This document shows, piece by piece, positions 10,112 to 19,051 of a stretch of 64,000 bases of DNA. This stretch comes from Eubacteriales bacterium (GTDB taxonomy: Bacteria; Bacillota; Clostridia; Oscillospirales; JAAYXM01): the NCBI GenBank assembly GCA_045586595.1, contig JAZNAQ010000031.1:36143-100142 (forward strand). Reading direction: 5' to 3'. The position numbers were made by a program, and so were the translations under genes. Numbering within the stretch: position 1 is the stretch's first letter; each line of letters starts with the position of its first letter. The notes beneath the pieces are model-generated. The model had not been told where the DNA came from. It did not search any database and saw only the letters and a program-made list of their open reading frames with translations.

Positions 10112-11290
10112 CTACGGCTCTATATCCTTTATTACAAATCTGCCTCCCGCAAGCTGCCTTAAATGACCGCGTATTTCAAGAAGGGTAAGGAGCGCGAGCA
10201 CCCGCTGCACCTTAAGGCCACTTTTCTCCGCTATCTCGTCTGCCCGAAGCTCATTACCTGCAATCGCAGCCATCACAGCACGGTCATCACCTTCGAACTT
10301 GTCAAGATAGCCGTCGGGGAAGCTGAATTCTTTTTTCTCTTCGTTTATTTTCTCTGTTTCGCTGTCAGCTATATCGGTATTGATTTTCTCTCCAAAAAGG
10401 TGTGCATATTCCGACAGTACATCCTGTCCGGACATTACCGCGATTGCACCTTCGCGTATTAGTTGGTTCGAGCCCCGGCCCGCACGCTCAAATATACCTG
10501 CGGGAACAGCAAATACGTCGCGGCCCTGCTCAAGCGCAAAATTCGAGGTAATGAGTGCCCCGCTCTTTTCGGGCGCCTCTACCACAACCGTACCGAGTGT
10601 AAGACCGCTTATTATTCTGTTGCGCAGAGGAAAACTGAGCCTTGTTGGACGTGTCCCCGGAGGGTACTCCGAAACTACCGTTCCGTTTTTTAATACAGCA
10701 TCCATAAGACGCTTGTTTTCAGAAGGATAGCATATATCCGGCCCGCAACCCAGAACTGTAACTGTTTTGCCTCCGGCACTCACAGCGCCCTCTGTTGCCA
10801 GCGTATCTACACCGCGAGCAAAGCCTGTTACCACAATCCCGCCACTGAGAGCAATTTCTCGGGCTATCTTTCGTGCCGCCTCGCGACCGTTCTTGGACGC
10901 ATGGCGTGTTCCCACTACTGCTATCGCGGGGGAATCCTTAACATTCAGCGGCTCTCCGCGTGCATATAACACTGCAGGTGGTGTTGGAATATCCCACAGA
11001 CATTCGGGGTATTCTTCGTCCTGCGGAGTTATTATCCGGATGTCCTTTGCCTTACAATCAGACACTATTTTCTGTACTCGAACAAGGCTTTTATGGCACA
11101 GAAGTTCTTTATCCTTATCGTTTACCGTATGTGGAAGTGCTTCATACTCTTCAGGTGTAGCGGCATACACCGCATCTATTGTGCCAAAGTGCGAAAGAAC
11201 CATTTTTATCTTCCTGCTTCCGGAATTCAAGCATTCTGAAAGCCATATCCACAGTTCCTTTTTCGGCACCTTTTCATCACCCTTCTTCAC
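10112..11290 (-). CDS. dprA: DNA processing protein DprA (Smf)
   Basis: 392 aa. The Rossmann-like core (VVGTRHAS...GFARGVD...) and a C-terminal winged-helix-like region fit DprA. The conserved dprA-topA-trmFO order supports the call. Confidence 0.88.
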   Translation of the reverse strand: MKKGDEKVPKKELWIWLSECLNSGSRKIKMVLSHFGTIDAVYAATPEEYEALPHTVNDKDKELLCHKSLVRVQKIVSDCKAKDIRIITPQDEEYPECLWDIPTPPAVLYARGEPLNVKDSPAIAVVGTRHASKNGREAARKIAREIALSGGIVVTGFARGVDTLATEGAVSAGGKTVTVLGCGPDICYPSENKRLMDAVLKNGTVVSEYPPGTRPTRLSFPLRNRIISGLTLGTVVVEAPEKSGALITSNFALEQGRDVFAVPAGIFERAGRGSNQLIREGAIAVMSGQDVLSEYAHLFGEKINTDIADSETEKINEEKKEFSFPDGYLDKFEGDDRAVMAAIAGNELRADEIAEKSGLKVQRVLALLTLLEIRGHLRQLAGGRFVIKDIEP

Positions 11291-12035
11291 TCATCTTATA
11301 CATAAATATCGCCGCCGCAACAGACGCATTGAGTGACTCTGCGCCTCCCTGCATAGGGATAATTACACTTGCGTCGCAAAGAGCTGCAACCTCACGGCGA
11401 ACCCCGTTCCCTTCGTTGCCTATAACAACGGCGACTTCTTTAAATCTACACTCTGAGATATTCTTTACCTCTCCGTAAAGCTCTGAGGCATATACCTTTA
11501 CCCCGTCGCTCCTGAGGCGAGGGATAAGACTTTCAAGGTTCCCAGATATTACCGGTACTCTGAAAATTGAGCCCATTGCCGAGCGGATTGTCTTCGGGTT
11601 ATATATATCGGCGCAGCCGTCCTCAAACACGGCATCTATGCCAAATGCGTCGGCAGTGCGTATTATTGTGCCGATATTTCCTGTGTCCTGAAGCCTGTCA
11701 AGAAGAAGTACACGCTTTAATCCGGTGTTCTCCCTTTTCTTCATTTTGCATGTAAATATAACGGTCTGGGCTGTTTTAAGGGAAGTAGCGCTATCAAGAA
11801 TATCCTGTGGAGCAACACAAACCTGCGCTCCAGGAATTTCGGGCAGGCTTTCTTCTGCCTTTTCGCTTACAAGCACAAGCGGTATTTCCATATTCTCTGC
11901 AACAGCTTCATGCAAAAGCTTTATTCCGTCGCATACAAACTCGCCTCTTTCGGCACGCAGTGACTTGTCCTTAGAAAGCGCTCTGATGTATTTTACCGTC
12001 GCATTCTGGCGACTTGTTATCCTATCTATCATCAT
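11277..12035 (-). CDS. TrmH/SpoU-family RNA 2'-O-methyltransferase
   Basis: 252 aa with SpoU motifs VVIGNEGNGV and IPMQGGAESLNASVAAAI. Confidence 0.8.
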   Translation of the reverse strand: MMIDRITSRQNATVKYIRALSKDKSLRAERGEFVCDGIKLLHEAVAENMEIPLVLVSEKAEESLPEIPGAQVCVAPQDILDSATSLKTAQTVIFTCKMKKRENTGLKRVLLLDRLQDTGNIGTIIRTADAFGIDAVFEDGCADIYNPKTIRSAMGSIFRVPVISGNLESLIPRLRSDGVKVYASELYGEVKNISECRFKEVAVVIGNEGNGVRREVAALCDASVIIPMQGGAESLNASVAAAIFMYKMSEEG

Positions 12036-12685
12036 TCACCGCGCAGCTTCTTTATGTTGTCGTTCTCACCTATAACTATAAGAACATCGCCTTCTTTTAT
12101 AACATATGCGGCAGTAGGTGAAACCACAAGGTCGCGCGCAAACTTATCACGAGCAGCAATTACGTTAATGCCGTATGCCCCACGTATATTGAGTTCCAAA
12201 AGGCTCTTTCCGTACCATGCAGACGGTGCCTCAATCTCTACTATGCTGTGTTCATCCGAGAGCTCTATGAAGTCTATTATATTCTTTGCGGAAAGGTGCT
12301 GAGCAAGCCTCTTCCCCATATCGCGCTCGGGGAATACCGTAACATCTGCACCTATGCGTTCAAGTACCTTCATATGAAGCATGCTCTGTGCCTTGGCTAC
12401 AACCTTTTTAACCCCAAGCTCCTTAAGCATAATTGTAACGAGGACGCTATCCTCAATATTATCTGCCATAGCAACAACTGCAACATCAAAATTTCTTACT
12501 CCGAGAGAACGAATTACATTTTCGTCCTTCGCATCTCCTATAACTGCGTGTGTTACATGGTCTGCAACAGCCGCAATCTTCTCTTCGCTTCTGTCTATGA
12601 CAAGTACGTCATGTCCAAGGTTTGACAGCTCTATTGCAAGTGAGTTGCCAAATCTGCCCATACCTATTATGAGAAACGAATCCAT
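12032..12685 (-). CDS. trkA: Potassium uptake system NAD-binding subunit (TrkA/KtrA type)
   Basis: 217 aa with the RCK_N glycine motif IIGMGRFG and a C-terminal RCK_C-like domain. Confidence 0.88.
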   Translation of the reverse strand: MDSFLIIGMGRFGNSLAIELSNLGHDVLVIDRSEEKIAAVADHVTHAVIGDAKDENVIRSLGVRNFDVAVVAMADNIEDSVLVTIMLKELGVKKVVAKAQSMLHMKVLERIGADVTVFPERDMGKRLAQHLSAKNIIDFIELSDEHSIVEIEAPSAWYGKSLLELNIRGAYGINVIAARDKFARDLVVSPTAAYVIKEGDVLIVIGENDNIKKLRGE

Positions 12686-12720
12686 ATACCCTACCTCCTA
12701 AAAAAACAGCAAAATTGCTT

Positions 12721-14094
12721 TTATCCTATGATTGTTTTTCCGTCCGGATAGCTTATCTTGGACGGGGTTTTCTTTGCAAGAAGCCCGATGCTTATTGTCA
12801 AAAGCCCTACTCTTCCAAAATACATAAGGCAAATCAACACTGTTTTTGAAACAGGGTTTAACAATGCCGTTATACCTGTAGTAAGACCTGTTGTTGAGAA
12901 TGCCGATACGCACTCAAATATTGCATCTATCATATTAACGCCGTCTGTCTGGGCGATTATGACTGAGCCTATGCTTATAAGCCCTGCGGCAACCATCATT
13001 ACCGTAACGGCCTTAAGTATTGTATATGGCGGCACTTTTCTTTCAAATACGGTGACCTCATCTCGGCCCCTCATCACTGATATTGCAGTAATTACAAGGA
13101 CTGCAAATGTAACTGTTTTTATACCGCCGGCAGTAGAGCCGGAAGAGCCGCCTATAAACATGAGGAATATTGAAAGCACCTTGGATGACATCGTCATGTT
13201 ATGCTGTGAGAATATATAATATCCCGCCGTTCTTGAAGTTGATGCCTGAAACAGAGATGCAAGAAGCTTCTCGCCGAGGTTCATCCCGCCAAAAGTTGCA
13301 CCGTTTGAATACTCAAACATCATAAACAAACCGGTGCCCACAACAAGGAGCGTTGCTGTAGTAATAATAACAAGCTTTGTGTGGAGATTGTACGATTTGA
13401 ATCCCTTTTTGTCACGGATGTCTTCCCATACAAAAAAGCCGAGGCCTCCAAATACCATAAGCGACACGAGCGTAAGACATACAAGCGGGTCAGATGCATA
13501 TTTACTCATACTCCCCATATGGCCGCCACCTACGCCCATTATATCAAAGCCCGCATTACAGAATGCTGATACTGCATGAAAAATACTTTTAAAAATACCC
13601 TCGCCAAAGCCATAGTCAGGAATAAACCGTATTGCAAGGAGAACAGTACCAACGCCTTCGGCAATGAGTGTACGCTTCAAAATATGCTGCGCAAGGCGCA
13701 CTACACCCGAAATCTCGTCAACAGAAAATGACTGGGTCATAATGAGCCTTTCTCTGAGCGATATGCGTCGGTGTACTGCAAGTGAAAATACGGTTGCAAA
13801 CGCCATAAAGCCTAAGCCCCCGCATTGAATAAGCAGAAGTATGACTATCTGACCGAAACGTGTCCAGTGGGACAGCGTATCAACCACTATAAGGCCGGTA
13901 ACACACGTCGCACTTGTAGACGTAAACAGTGCGGTTAAAAAATCACACGGCACTGATGACTTTGAAGCTACCGGAAGCATAAGAAGAAATGTTCCCAAAA
14001 ATATTATAACTAAGAACACCACGAGAATAATTTTTGTCGGGCTTACCTTGTGCTCGTGTTTTATTTCGCGTTCTCTCGTGTCAAAAAGCCCCAT
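12721..14094 (-). CDS. trkH: Potassium transporter membrane subunit (TrkH/KtrB family)
   Basis: 457 aa, polytopic, with repeated selectivity-filter-like TGL/GGS segments typical of the TrkH family. Confidence 0.88.
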   Translation of the reverse strand: MGLFDTREREIKHEHKVSPTKIILVVFLVIIFLGTFLLMLPVASKSSVPCDFLTALFTSTSATCVTGLIVVDTLSHWTRFGQIVILLLIQCGGLGFMAFATVFSLAVHRRISLRERLIMTQSFSVDEISGVVRLAQHILKRTLIAEGVGTVLLAIRFIPDYGFGEGIFKSIFHAVSAFCNAGFDIMGVGGGHMGSMSKYASDPLVCLTLVSLMVFGGLGFFVWEDIRDKKGFKSYNLHTKLVIITTATLLVVGTGLFMMFEYSNGATFGGMNLGEKLLASLFQASTSRTAGYYIFSQHNMTMSSKVLSIFLMFIGGSSGSTAGGIKTVTFAVLVITAISVMRGRDEVTVFERKVPPYTILKAVTVMMVAAGLISIGSVIIAQTDGVNMIDAIFECVSAFSTTGLTTGITALLNPVSKTVLICLMYFGRVGLLTISIGLLAKKTPSKISYPDGKTIIG

Positions 14095-14100
14095 TTAAAA

Positions 14101-14826
14101 TCAACTCCCTGCGAGAAGCCCCGAAAGCGCAAGTGCTGCGTTTTCATATTTTTGTATTATGCGCTCATTTTCTTTGCGCTCTTGATTCTTAACCTTGATA
14201 GCGGCATAAATACCATCATTGTGAACTATTCCGAGTTCTTTGATAAAGTGGGTTTCATCCACTCTGATATAATACTCATTGTCGCTCTCTATGCCGAATT
14301 GGGAAAGCGGCTCAAATGCACCGCTTTTGGCATACCACTCAGCATATCTGCGGTCGAAGAAAAACAGCAGTATTTCGTCGTCTGCCATGCTTATGGAGAT
14401 TTTGTCTATGCTTGCCGCATTGTATTCGTCAATGGCAAGGGCCTGGTCCCCCGAGCCCATAATGCTCTCTGTGCTGAGCATTTGCCGCCCGACAGAAGCC
14501 TTGGGGGGTTCTTCTCCGTCTTCTCCGCCTGCTACAGGAATAAAACTGCCGAGGTAGTCTGAAAGTTTCTGCATTTGCTCGGTATCGGCAAATACCGCCC
14601 CTGCGAGAATATAATCCAAGTCATTGTACTCACGCGTAAATACGTCGTTAATAAGCATTACTGCAAGTATACTGACAGCGATTACGGCAAACGTAGCTAT
14701 GCGGAAATGATACCAATATACGTTTTTGAACCAGTATTTAAGCTTTTCCCAGAATGTTGCCTCTGCCATAAAGCTATCGGGCTTGAATACAGCGAAAATC
14801 TCTTGTGTATCTCGGCTCTTTTTCAT
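14101..14826 (-). CDS. Hypothetical single-pass membrane protein
   Basis: 241 aa with one hydrophobic helix (FRIATFAVIAVSILAVMLI). RBS GAAGGAG overlaps the lysS stop. It lies 4 nt after lysS and 6 nt before trkH. I recognise no family. Confidence 0.6.
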   Translation of the reverse strand: MKKSRDTQEIFAVFKPDSFMAEATFWEKLKYWFKNVYWYHFRIATFAVIAVSILAVMLINDVFTREYNDLDYILAGAVFADTEQMQKLSDYLGSFIPVAGGEDGEEPPKASVGRQMLSTESIMGSGDQALAIDEYNAASIDKISISMADDEILLFFFDRRYAEWYAKSGAFEPLSQFGIESDNEYYIRVDETHFIKELGIVHNDGIYAAIKVKNQERKENERIIQKYENAALALSGLLAGS

Positions 14827-14830
14827 TTGC

Positions 14831-16333
14831 TTACTCCTTCTCGGGCTTCATTGTGGGGAACAGCAGAACGTCACGGATTGCCGCGCTGTCGGTAAGGAGC
14901 ATCGTCATACGGTCAATACCGAACCCGATACCGCCTGTAGGAGGCATGCCTATCTCAAGGGCATTCAGGAAGTCTTCGTCGGTAGTATTTGCCTCATCAT
15001 TTCCCTGCGAGAGCTGTTCTTCCTGGTCCTTAAAGCGCGCACGCTGGTCAATCGGGTCATTGAGCTCAGAATATGCATTAGCCATTTCCCAACCGTTCAT
15101 AAAGAACTCAAAGCGTTCTACATAATCCGGGTCCTCCGGCTTTTTCTTGGTCAGCGGAGAAATCTCAATCGGGTGGTCCATAACAAATGTAGGCTGAATA
15201 AGATGCTCCTCTACAAACTCTTCAAAGAAGAGGTTTAAGATGTCGCCTTTCTTATGCCTGTCCTCAAATTCGATATGCTTTTCCTTTGCAATCGCCTTTG
15301 CTTCTTCTGTAGTTTTAATCTCGTTAAAGTCAACACCGGAATATTTCTTAACGGCATCAACCATCGTTATTCTTTCAAACGGACGCCCGAGGTCCATTTC
15401 TATTCCGTTGTAGACAATCTTTGTAGTTCCGAGAACTTCATTTGCAACATGACGATACATTTCCTCCGTGAGGTCCATCATGCCGTGATAGTCTGTATAT
15501 GCCTGATAAAGCTCCATAAGAGTAAACTCCGGGTTGTGGCGCGTATCAAGGCCTTCATTTCTGAAAACTCTGCCTATTTCGTATACCTTTTCAAGGCCAC
15601 CTACAATAAGGCGCTTGAGCGGAAGTTCAAGCGAAATTCTAAGCTTAAAATCCTCATTGAGTGCGTTGAAATGTGTTTCAAACGGTCTTGCCGCCGCTCC
15701 GCCTGCATTTGCAACAAGCATCGGTGTTTCAACCTCCATAAAGCCGCGTGCATCAAGATAACGGCGAATGGAGCTTATAATCTTTGAACGCTTTATAAAT
15801 GTATCCTTAACCTCGGGGTTCATAATGAGGTCAACATATCTCTGACGATAACGGATATCGGTATTTGTAAGACCGTGGTACTTCTCCGGAAGTGGCTTTA
15901 AAGACTTTGAAAGAAGCTTTATTTCAGTAACATGGACTGAAATTTCGCCTCGGCGTGTGCGGAATACTGTACCTACTGCACCCACGATGTCACCGATATC
16001 AAACTTCTTGAATTTCGCAAACGCCTCCTCGCCGATATCATTGATGCGGACATAGAGCTGCAGTTTGCCCTTTAAATCCTGAAGGTCGCAAAAGAATGCC
16101 TTGCCCATATCTCGGCGGCTCATCATGCGGCCTGCAAGGCTGACTGTGCTACCCTCCAGCTCATCAAAATTCTCAGTTATGTCGGTTGTATGATGAGTCC
16201 TGTCATATTTTACTATCTCAAACGGATTTTCGCCGTCATCCACGAGCTTTGCAAGCTTTTCGCGGCGTACGCGCAAAATCTCGTTTAAATCCTCAACCGG
16301 TGCCTCATTTACTCTTGTTTCTTCCGTAGCCAT
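14831..16333 (-). CDS. lysS: Lysine--tRNA ligase (class II)
   Basis: 500 aa. The class II motifs and OB-fold N-terminus are typical of LysS (FMEVETPML, ELYQAYTDY, GIGIDRMTMLLT-like GFGIDRMTMLLT). Confidence 0.93.
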   Translation of the reverse strand: MATEETRVNEAPVEDLNEILRVRREKLAKLVDDGENPFEIVKYDRTHHTTDITENFDELEGSTVSLAGRMMSRRDMGKAFFCDLQDLKGKLQLYVRINDIGEEAFAKFKKFDIGDIVGAVGTVFRTRRGEISVHVTEIKLLSKSLKPLPEKYHGLTNTDIRYRQRYVDLIMNPEVKDTFIKRSKIISSIRRYLDARGFMEVETPMLVANAGGAAARPFETHFNALNEDFKLRISLELPLKRLIVGGLEKVYEIGRVFRNEGLDTRHNPEFTLMELYQAYTDYHGMMDLTEEMYRHVANEVLGTTKIVYNGIEMDLGRPFERITMVDAVKKYSGVDFNEIKTTEEAKAIAKEKHIEFEDRHKKGDILNLFFEEFVEEHLIQPTFVMDHPIEISPLTKKKPEDPDYVERFEFFMNGWEMANAYSELNDPIDQRARFKDQEEQLSQGNDEANTTDEDFLNALEIGMPPTGGIGFGIDRMTMLLTDSAAIRDVLLFPTMKPEKE

Positions 16334-16367
16334 TTAAAGTTCCTCCATTTTAGCTGATTTAAGTATG

Positions 16368-16402
16368 CCGGGGCTGAGTGCTAAGGCTGCGCTCTGCCCC
16401 GG
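16368..16402 (-). other. GC-rich hairpin between greA and lysS (no adjacent U tract)
   Basis: CCGGGGC...GCCCCGG with a partly paired interior, starting 6 nt after the greA stop. The downstream sequence CAUACUU is not U-rich, so it is probably not an efficient terminator. Confidence 0.3.
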
Positions 16403-16407
16403 TCAAA

Positions 16408-16878
16408 TTAGTTTCCTATCTCGACAATTTTATACTCAATAACTCCGCACGGGGCCTCGACATTTACTATGTCGCCTATCTTACTGCCCAAAAGCGCGCG
16501 GCCAAAGGGCGACTCATCAGAAATGCGGCCTTTATACGGGTCTGCCTCCTGAGATCCGACAATCCAATACTCCTCCTCGGAGCCGTCGGACACATCGCAT
16601 ACTTTTACATGTGAGCCGGTATGCACCTCGTCGGTGTTTGCAGAAAACTCTATAATCTCTGCATTTGCAATTATGTTTTCAATCTCTGCCTTGCGCGAAA
16701 AGAGCTTGCCTTGCTCGTTTTTCGCCTCGTCATATTCGCTGTTTTCGGAAAGGTCGCCAAATGAGCGTGCTTCTTTAATAAGGTCTGCCACCTCTTTCTC
16801 TCGCACGTTCTTCAGATAATCGAGCTCATCGCGGAGCTCCTGTAGTCGCTCTTTTGTAAGCTTGAATGTCTTTGCCAT
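16408..16878 (-). CDS. greA: Transcription elongation factor GreA
   Basis: 156 aa with an N-terminal coiled coil carrying the DLSENSEYD acidic tip and a C-terminal globular domain. Confidence 0.93.
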   Translation of the reverse strand: MAKTFKLTKERLQELRDELDYLKNVREKEVADLIKEARSFGDLSENSEYDEAKNEQGKLFSRKAEIENIIANAEIIEFSANTDEVHTGSHVKVCDVSDGSEEEYWIVGSQEADPYKGRISDESPFGRALLGSKIGDIVNVEAPCGVIEYKIVEIGN

Positions 16879-16965
16879 TTTTACTCCCTCATTTTCCTAT
16901 TATATTTTTAACTGATTTTCTGTTCTCTACTATATAAATAAAAAATTACGATTACAATGTATCAT

Positions 16966-16994
16966 ATTATAGATACCTTATTTCAAATTGTCAA
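16966..16994 (-). promoter_or_regulatory. Consensus sigma-A promoter for greA (TTGACA-17 nt-TATAAT)
   Basis: The minus strand reads TTGACAatttgaaataaggtatcTATAAT, about 85 nt upstream of the greA ATG. Confidence 0.6.
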
Positions 16995-17006
16995 GTAAAA
17001 GGTTTG

Positions 17007-17696
17007 TTAATTTTGAATTTTAATTTCGACTTTTATCTCTTTTTTCTGTAAAAAACCGCTTTTTTTCAGTATCAAAGCAAGCGGCTCAATGATTTTTTCC
17101 GGAAGTGAATTGAGAAGCTCATCTGATAGCTTTATTCTAAAATCCGCCAAATCCGCCTGACATTGGCCGTAATGCAAAAAAGCCTGCCCGTTACACATAC
17201 ACAGCTCGGGTATTCCCTCGGGCGCGTCCTGCCTTATGCTCACGCCCGTTTGTTCGGCTATTTCCTCTGCTATTTCACAAAACGCATTGTTTTTCACATA
17301 CACACATCGGCAGACAGAAAGAAGACGCTTCGCCGCCTCAACCACGTTTGAAAAGCTCCCGCCCGTAATGACAAATTCATTGGGCGCATTGTGTTTTTCT
17401 GCAAAAAGAAGCGCCATATCCCCACACATTTCCATAAGAAGCGGGTTCCCGTCGATCACCGCAGTTATCCCGAAACTGCCAAGCGCCTCAAGCCCCGCTT
17501 CAGCAGCGCAAACAGTTATCCCTATTTCAGAAAATATTTTTGCGCACTTTCTTATACGGCGCAGAAAACGCCTTTTTGAGTATGTTTTCTTTATCTCCGC
17601 CATGTATATCTCAACTGCGCGAAATTCGCCGATTTTGGCAATTTCAAGCGCACAGCGTGCGTTCTTTTCCCTTTCGCAGACAACACCTATCCGCAA
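17007..17696 (-). CDS. Hypothetical Cys-rich cytoplasmic protein
   Basis: The ORF extends to 17756. GAGAGGAGG followed by 6 nt and TTG at 17696 (LRIGVVCEREK...) is the best start, giving 229 aa. No family recognised and no TM segment. Confidence 0.5.
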   Translation of the reverse strand: MRIGVVCEREKNARCALEIAKIGEFRAVEIYMAEIKKTYSKRRFLRRIRKCAKIFSEIGITVCAAEAGLEALGSFGITAVIDGNPLLMEMCGDMALLFAEKHNAPNEFVITGGSFSNVVEAAKRLLSVCRCVYVKNNAFCEIAEEIAEQTGVSIRQDAPEGIPELCMCNGQAFLHYGQCQADLADFRIKLSDELLNSLPEKIIEPLALILKKSGFLQKKEIKVEIKIQN

Positions 17697-17758
17697 GACA
17701 CACCTCCTCTCATTCCTAATGATATAATATTTACTTTTTGACGATATATTACACAAAA

Positions 17759-17792
17759 CTCGGACGAAGTGTGATAATACACTTCGTCCGAG
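17759..17792 (-). terminator. Intrinsic terminator after the S41 peptidase gene
   Basis: 14-bp stem CUCGGACGAAGUGU/ACACUUCGUCCGAG with a 6-nt loop, followed on the minus strand by UUUUGUGU. Confidence 0.7.
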
Positions 17793-17799
17793 AAAAACC

Positions 17800-19014
17800 C
17801 TACTGCTGCGGCGCAGCTATTCTTTCATTTACAGCAGCAATCGCCGCCTGAAGCTGCCTGTCCTGTTCGTCGGTAAGAAGATAGAAGTTTTTTTCTTCTT
17901 CTGCTGTCAACTCAACAACTCTGTCTGGCTTTATACCTCCGGTATCTTGCAGGCTCTCTCCGCGTCCTGTGTAATATTTACTTACCGAGAGAATAAGACC
18001 TGAGCCGTCCTTAAGCTGGATTTGGCTCTGAGCAAGCCCCTTGCCCGTCGTTGCCTCACCAACTATCTCCGCTTTGTCCTGCTCCTGAAGCGCCGCCGCA
18101 AAAAACTCAGCCGCGCTTATCGAGTATTTGTTTGTAATTACAGCCATCGGCAAACCAAGCTCATTTGCGTCCGAGTAGTGGGTAGTTGCTTTGCCCTTCT
18201 TATCCTCTTCTTTTATTATAATACCTTCGGGAAGAAGCGGGTCAAGGGTGTTTACCATAACCTGAAGAAGCCCTCCGGGGTTATTTCGCACGTCAAATAT
18301 AATACCTGAAACATTCGCCTTTGTGAGATTTGATATTGCACTTGCAACGTCCTTATCAACGTTAGCTTCAAAGCTTGATATTTTTATATAACCGATATTT
18401 CCGTCAAGAATTCGTGCTTTTACGTTCTGTACATCAAGCTCACGGCGCGTTATACTCAAGCTTATCGGATTGGCAACCCCTTCACGCTCTATAACAAGTG
18501 ATACCGGAGTCCCGACAGCACCGGTAATTTTCTTTATCGCCGCGTCGTAACCGATCTCCGATACCGACTCGCCGTCTACAGTTGTTATACGGTCAAAAGG
18601 CTGGATTTTGGCATATTCGGCAGGGGATCCCTCAAATACATCAAGAACAAGCACTGCCTGCGCATCTGTATCATATGACGCATTCACGCCGATACCTACA
18701 ATTTTGCTGTTTGTAGAATTTACGACAGATGCAAACTGCTCTGCAGTAAGGTAATATGACCATTGGTCACCAAGCATGGCAACCATTCCGTAAATCGCGC
18801 CATCGTTTATTGTCTTCTCGTCATATTCATTTACATAGTATTTATCAATATACCCGCGCACCTCGGCGATTTTGGCGTATTCGGCCTCGCGCTCAGAAAG
18901 ACCCGCAAGCTTTGCATTATACTCACGCTCAGATGCATAAAGCGTAATACAGTATGTAAGTGCCGCAGTAAGCAGCATCAGCGCAACTGTGGTCATTACA
19001 TGTTTCTTTCTCAT
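17800..19014 (-). CDS. Carboxy-terminal processing peptidase, S41 family (CtpA/CtpB-like)
   Basis: 404 aa with an N-terminal TM/signal anchor, a PDZ-like region and the catalytic-Ser region NKYSISAAEFFAAAL. Confidence 0.85.
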   Translation of the reverse strand: MRKKHVMTTVALMLLTAALTYCITLYASEREYNAKLAGLSEREAEYAKIAEVRGYIDKYYVNEYDEKTINDGAIYGMVAMLGDQWSYYLTAEQFASVVNSTNSKIVGIGVNASYDTDAQAVLVLDVFEGSPAEYAKIQPFDRITTVDGESVSEIGYDAAIKKITGAVGTPVSLVIEREGVANPISLSITRRELDVQNVKARILDGNIGYIKISSFEANVDKDVASAISNLTKANVSGIIFDVRNNPGGLLQVMVNTLDPLLPEGIIIKEEDKKGKATTHYSDANELGLPMAVITNKYSISAAEFFAAALQEQDKAEIVGEATTGKGLAQSQIQLKDGSGLILSVSKYYTGRGESLQDTGGIKPDRVVELTAEEEKNFYLLTDEQDRQLQAAIAAVNERIAAPQQ

Positions 19015-19051
19015 ATGCTGCCTCCTCTGACACCTTTGATCTGAAAAATAG

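Noticed and set aside
16334-16407. T-box or other riboswitch leader upstream of lysS (also considered for glnA, thiI and folA).
   Set aside because: The gaps are only 55-75 nt and contain at most one simple hairpin. That is far too short for T-box, glutamine, TPP or THF riboswitch architectures.
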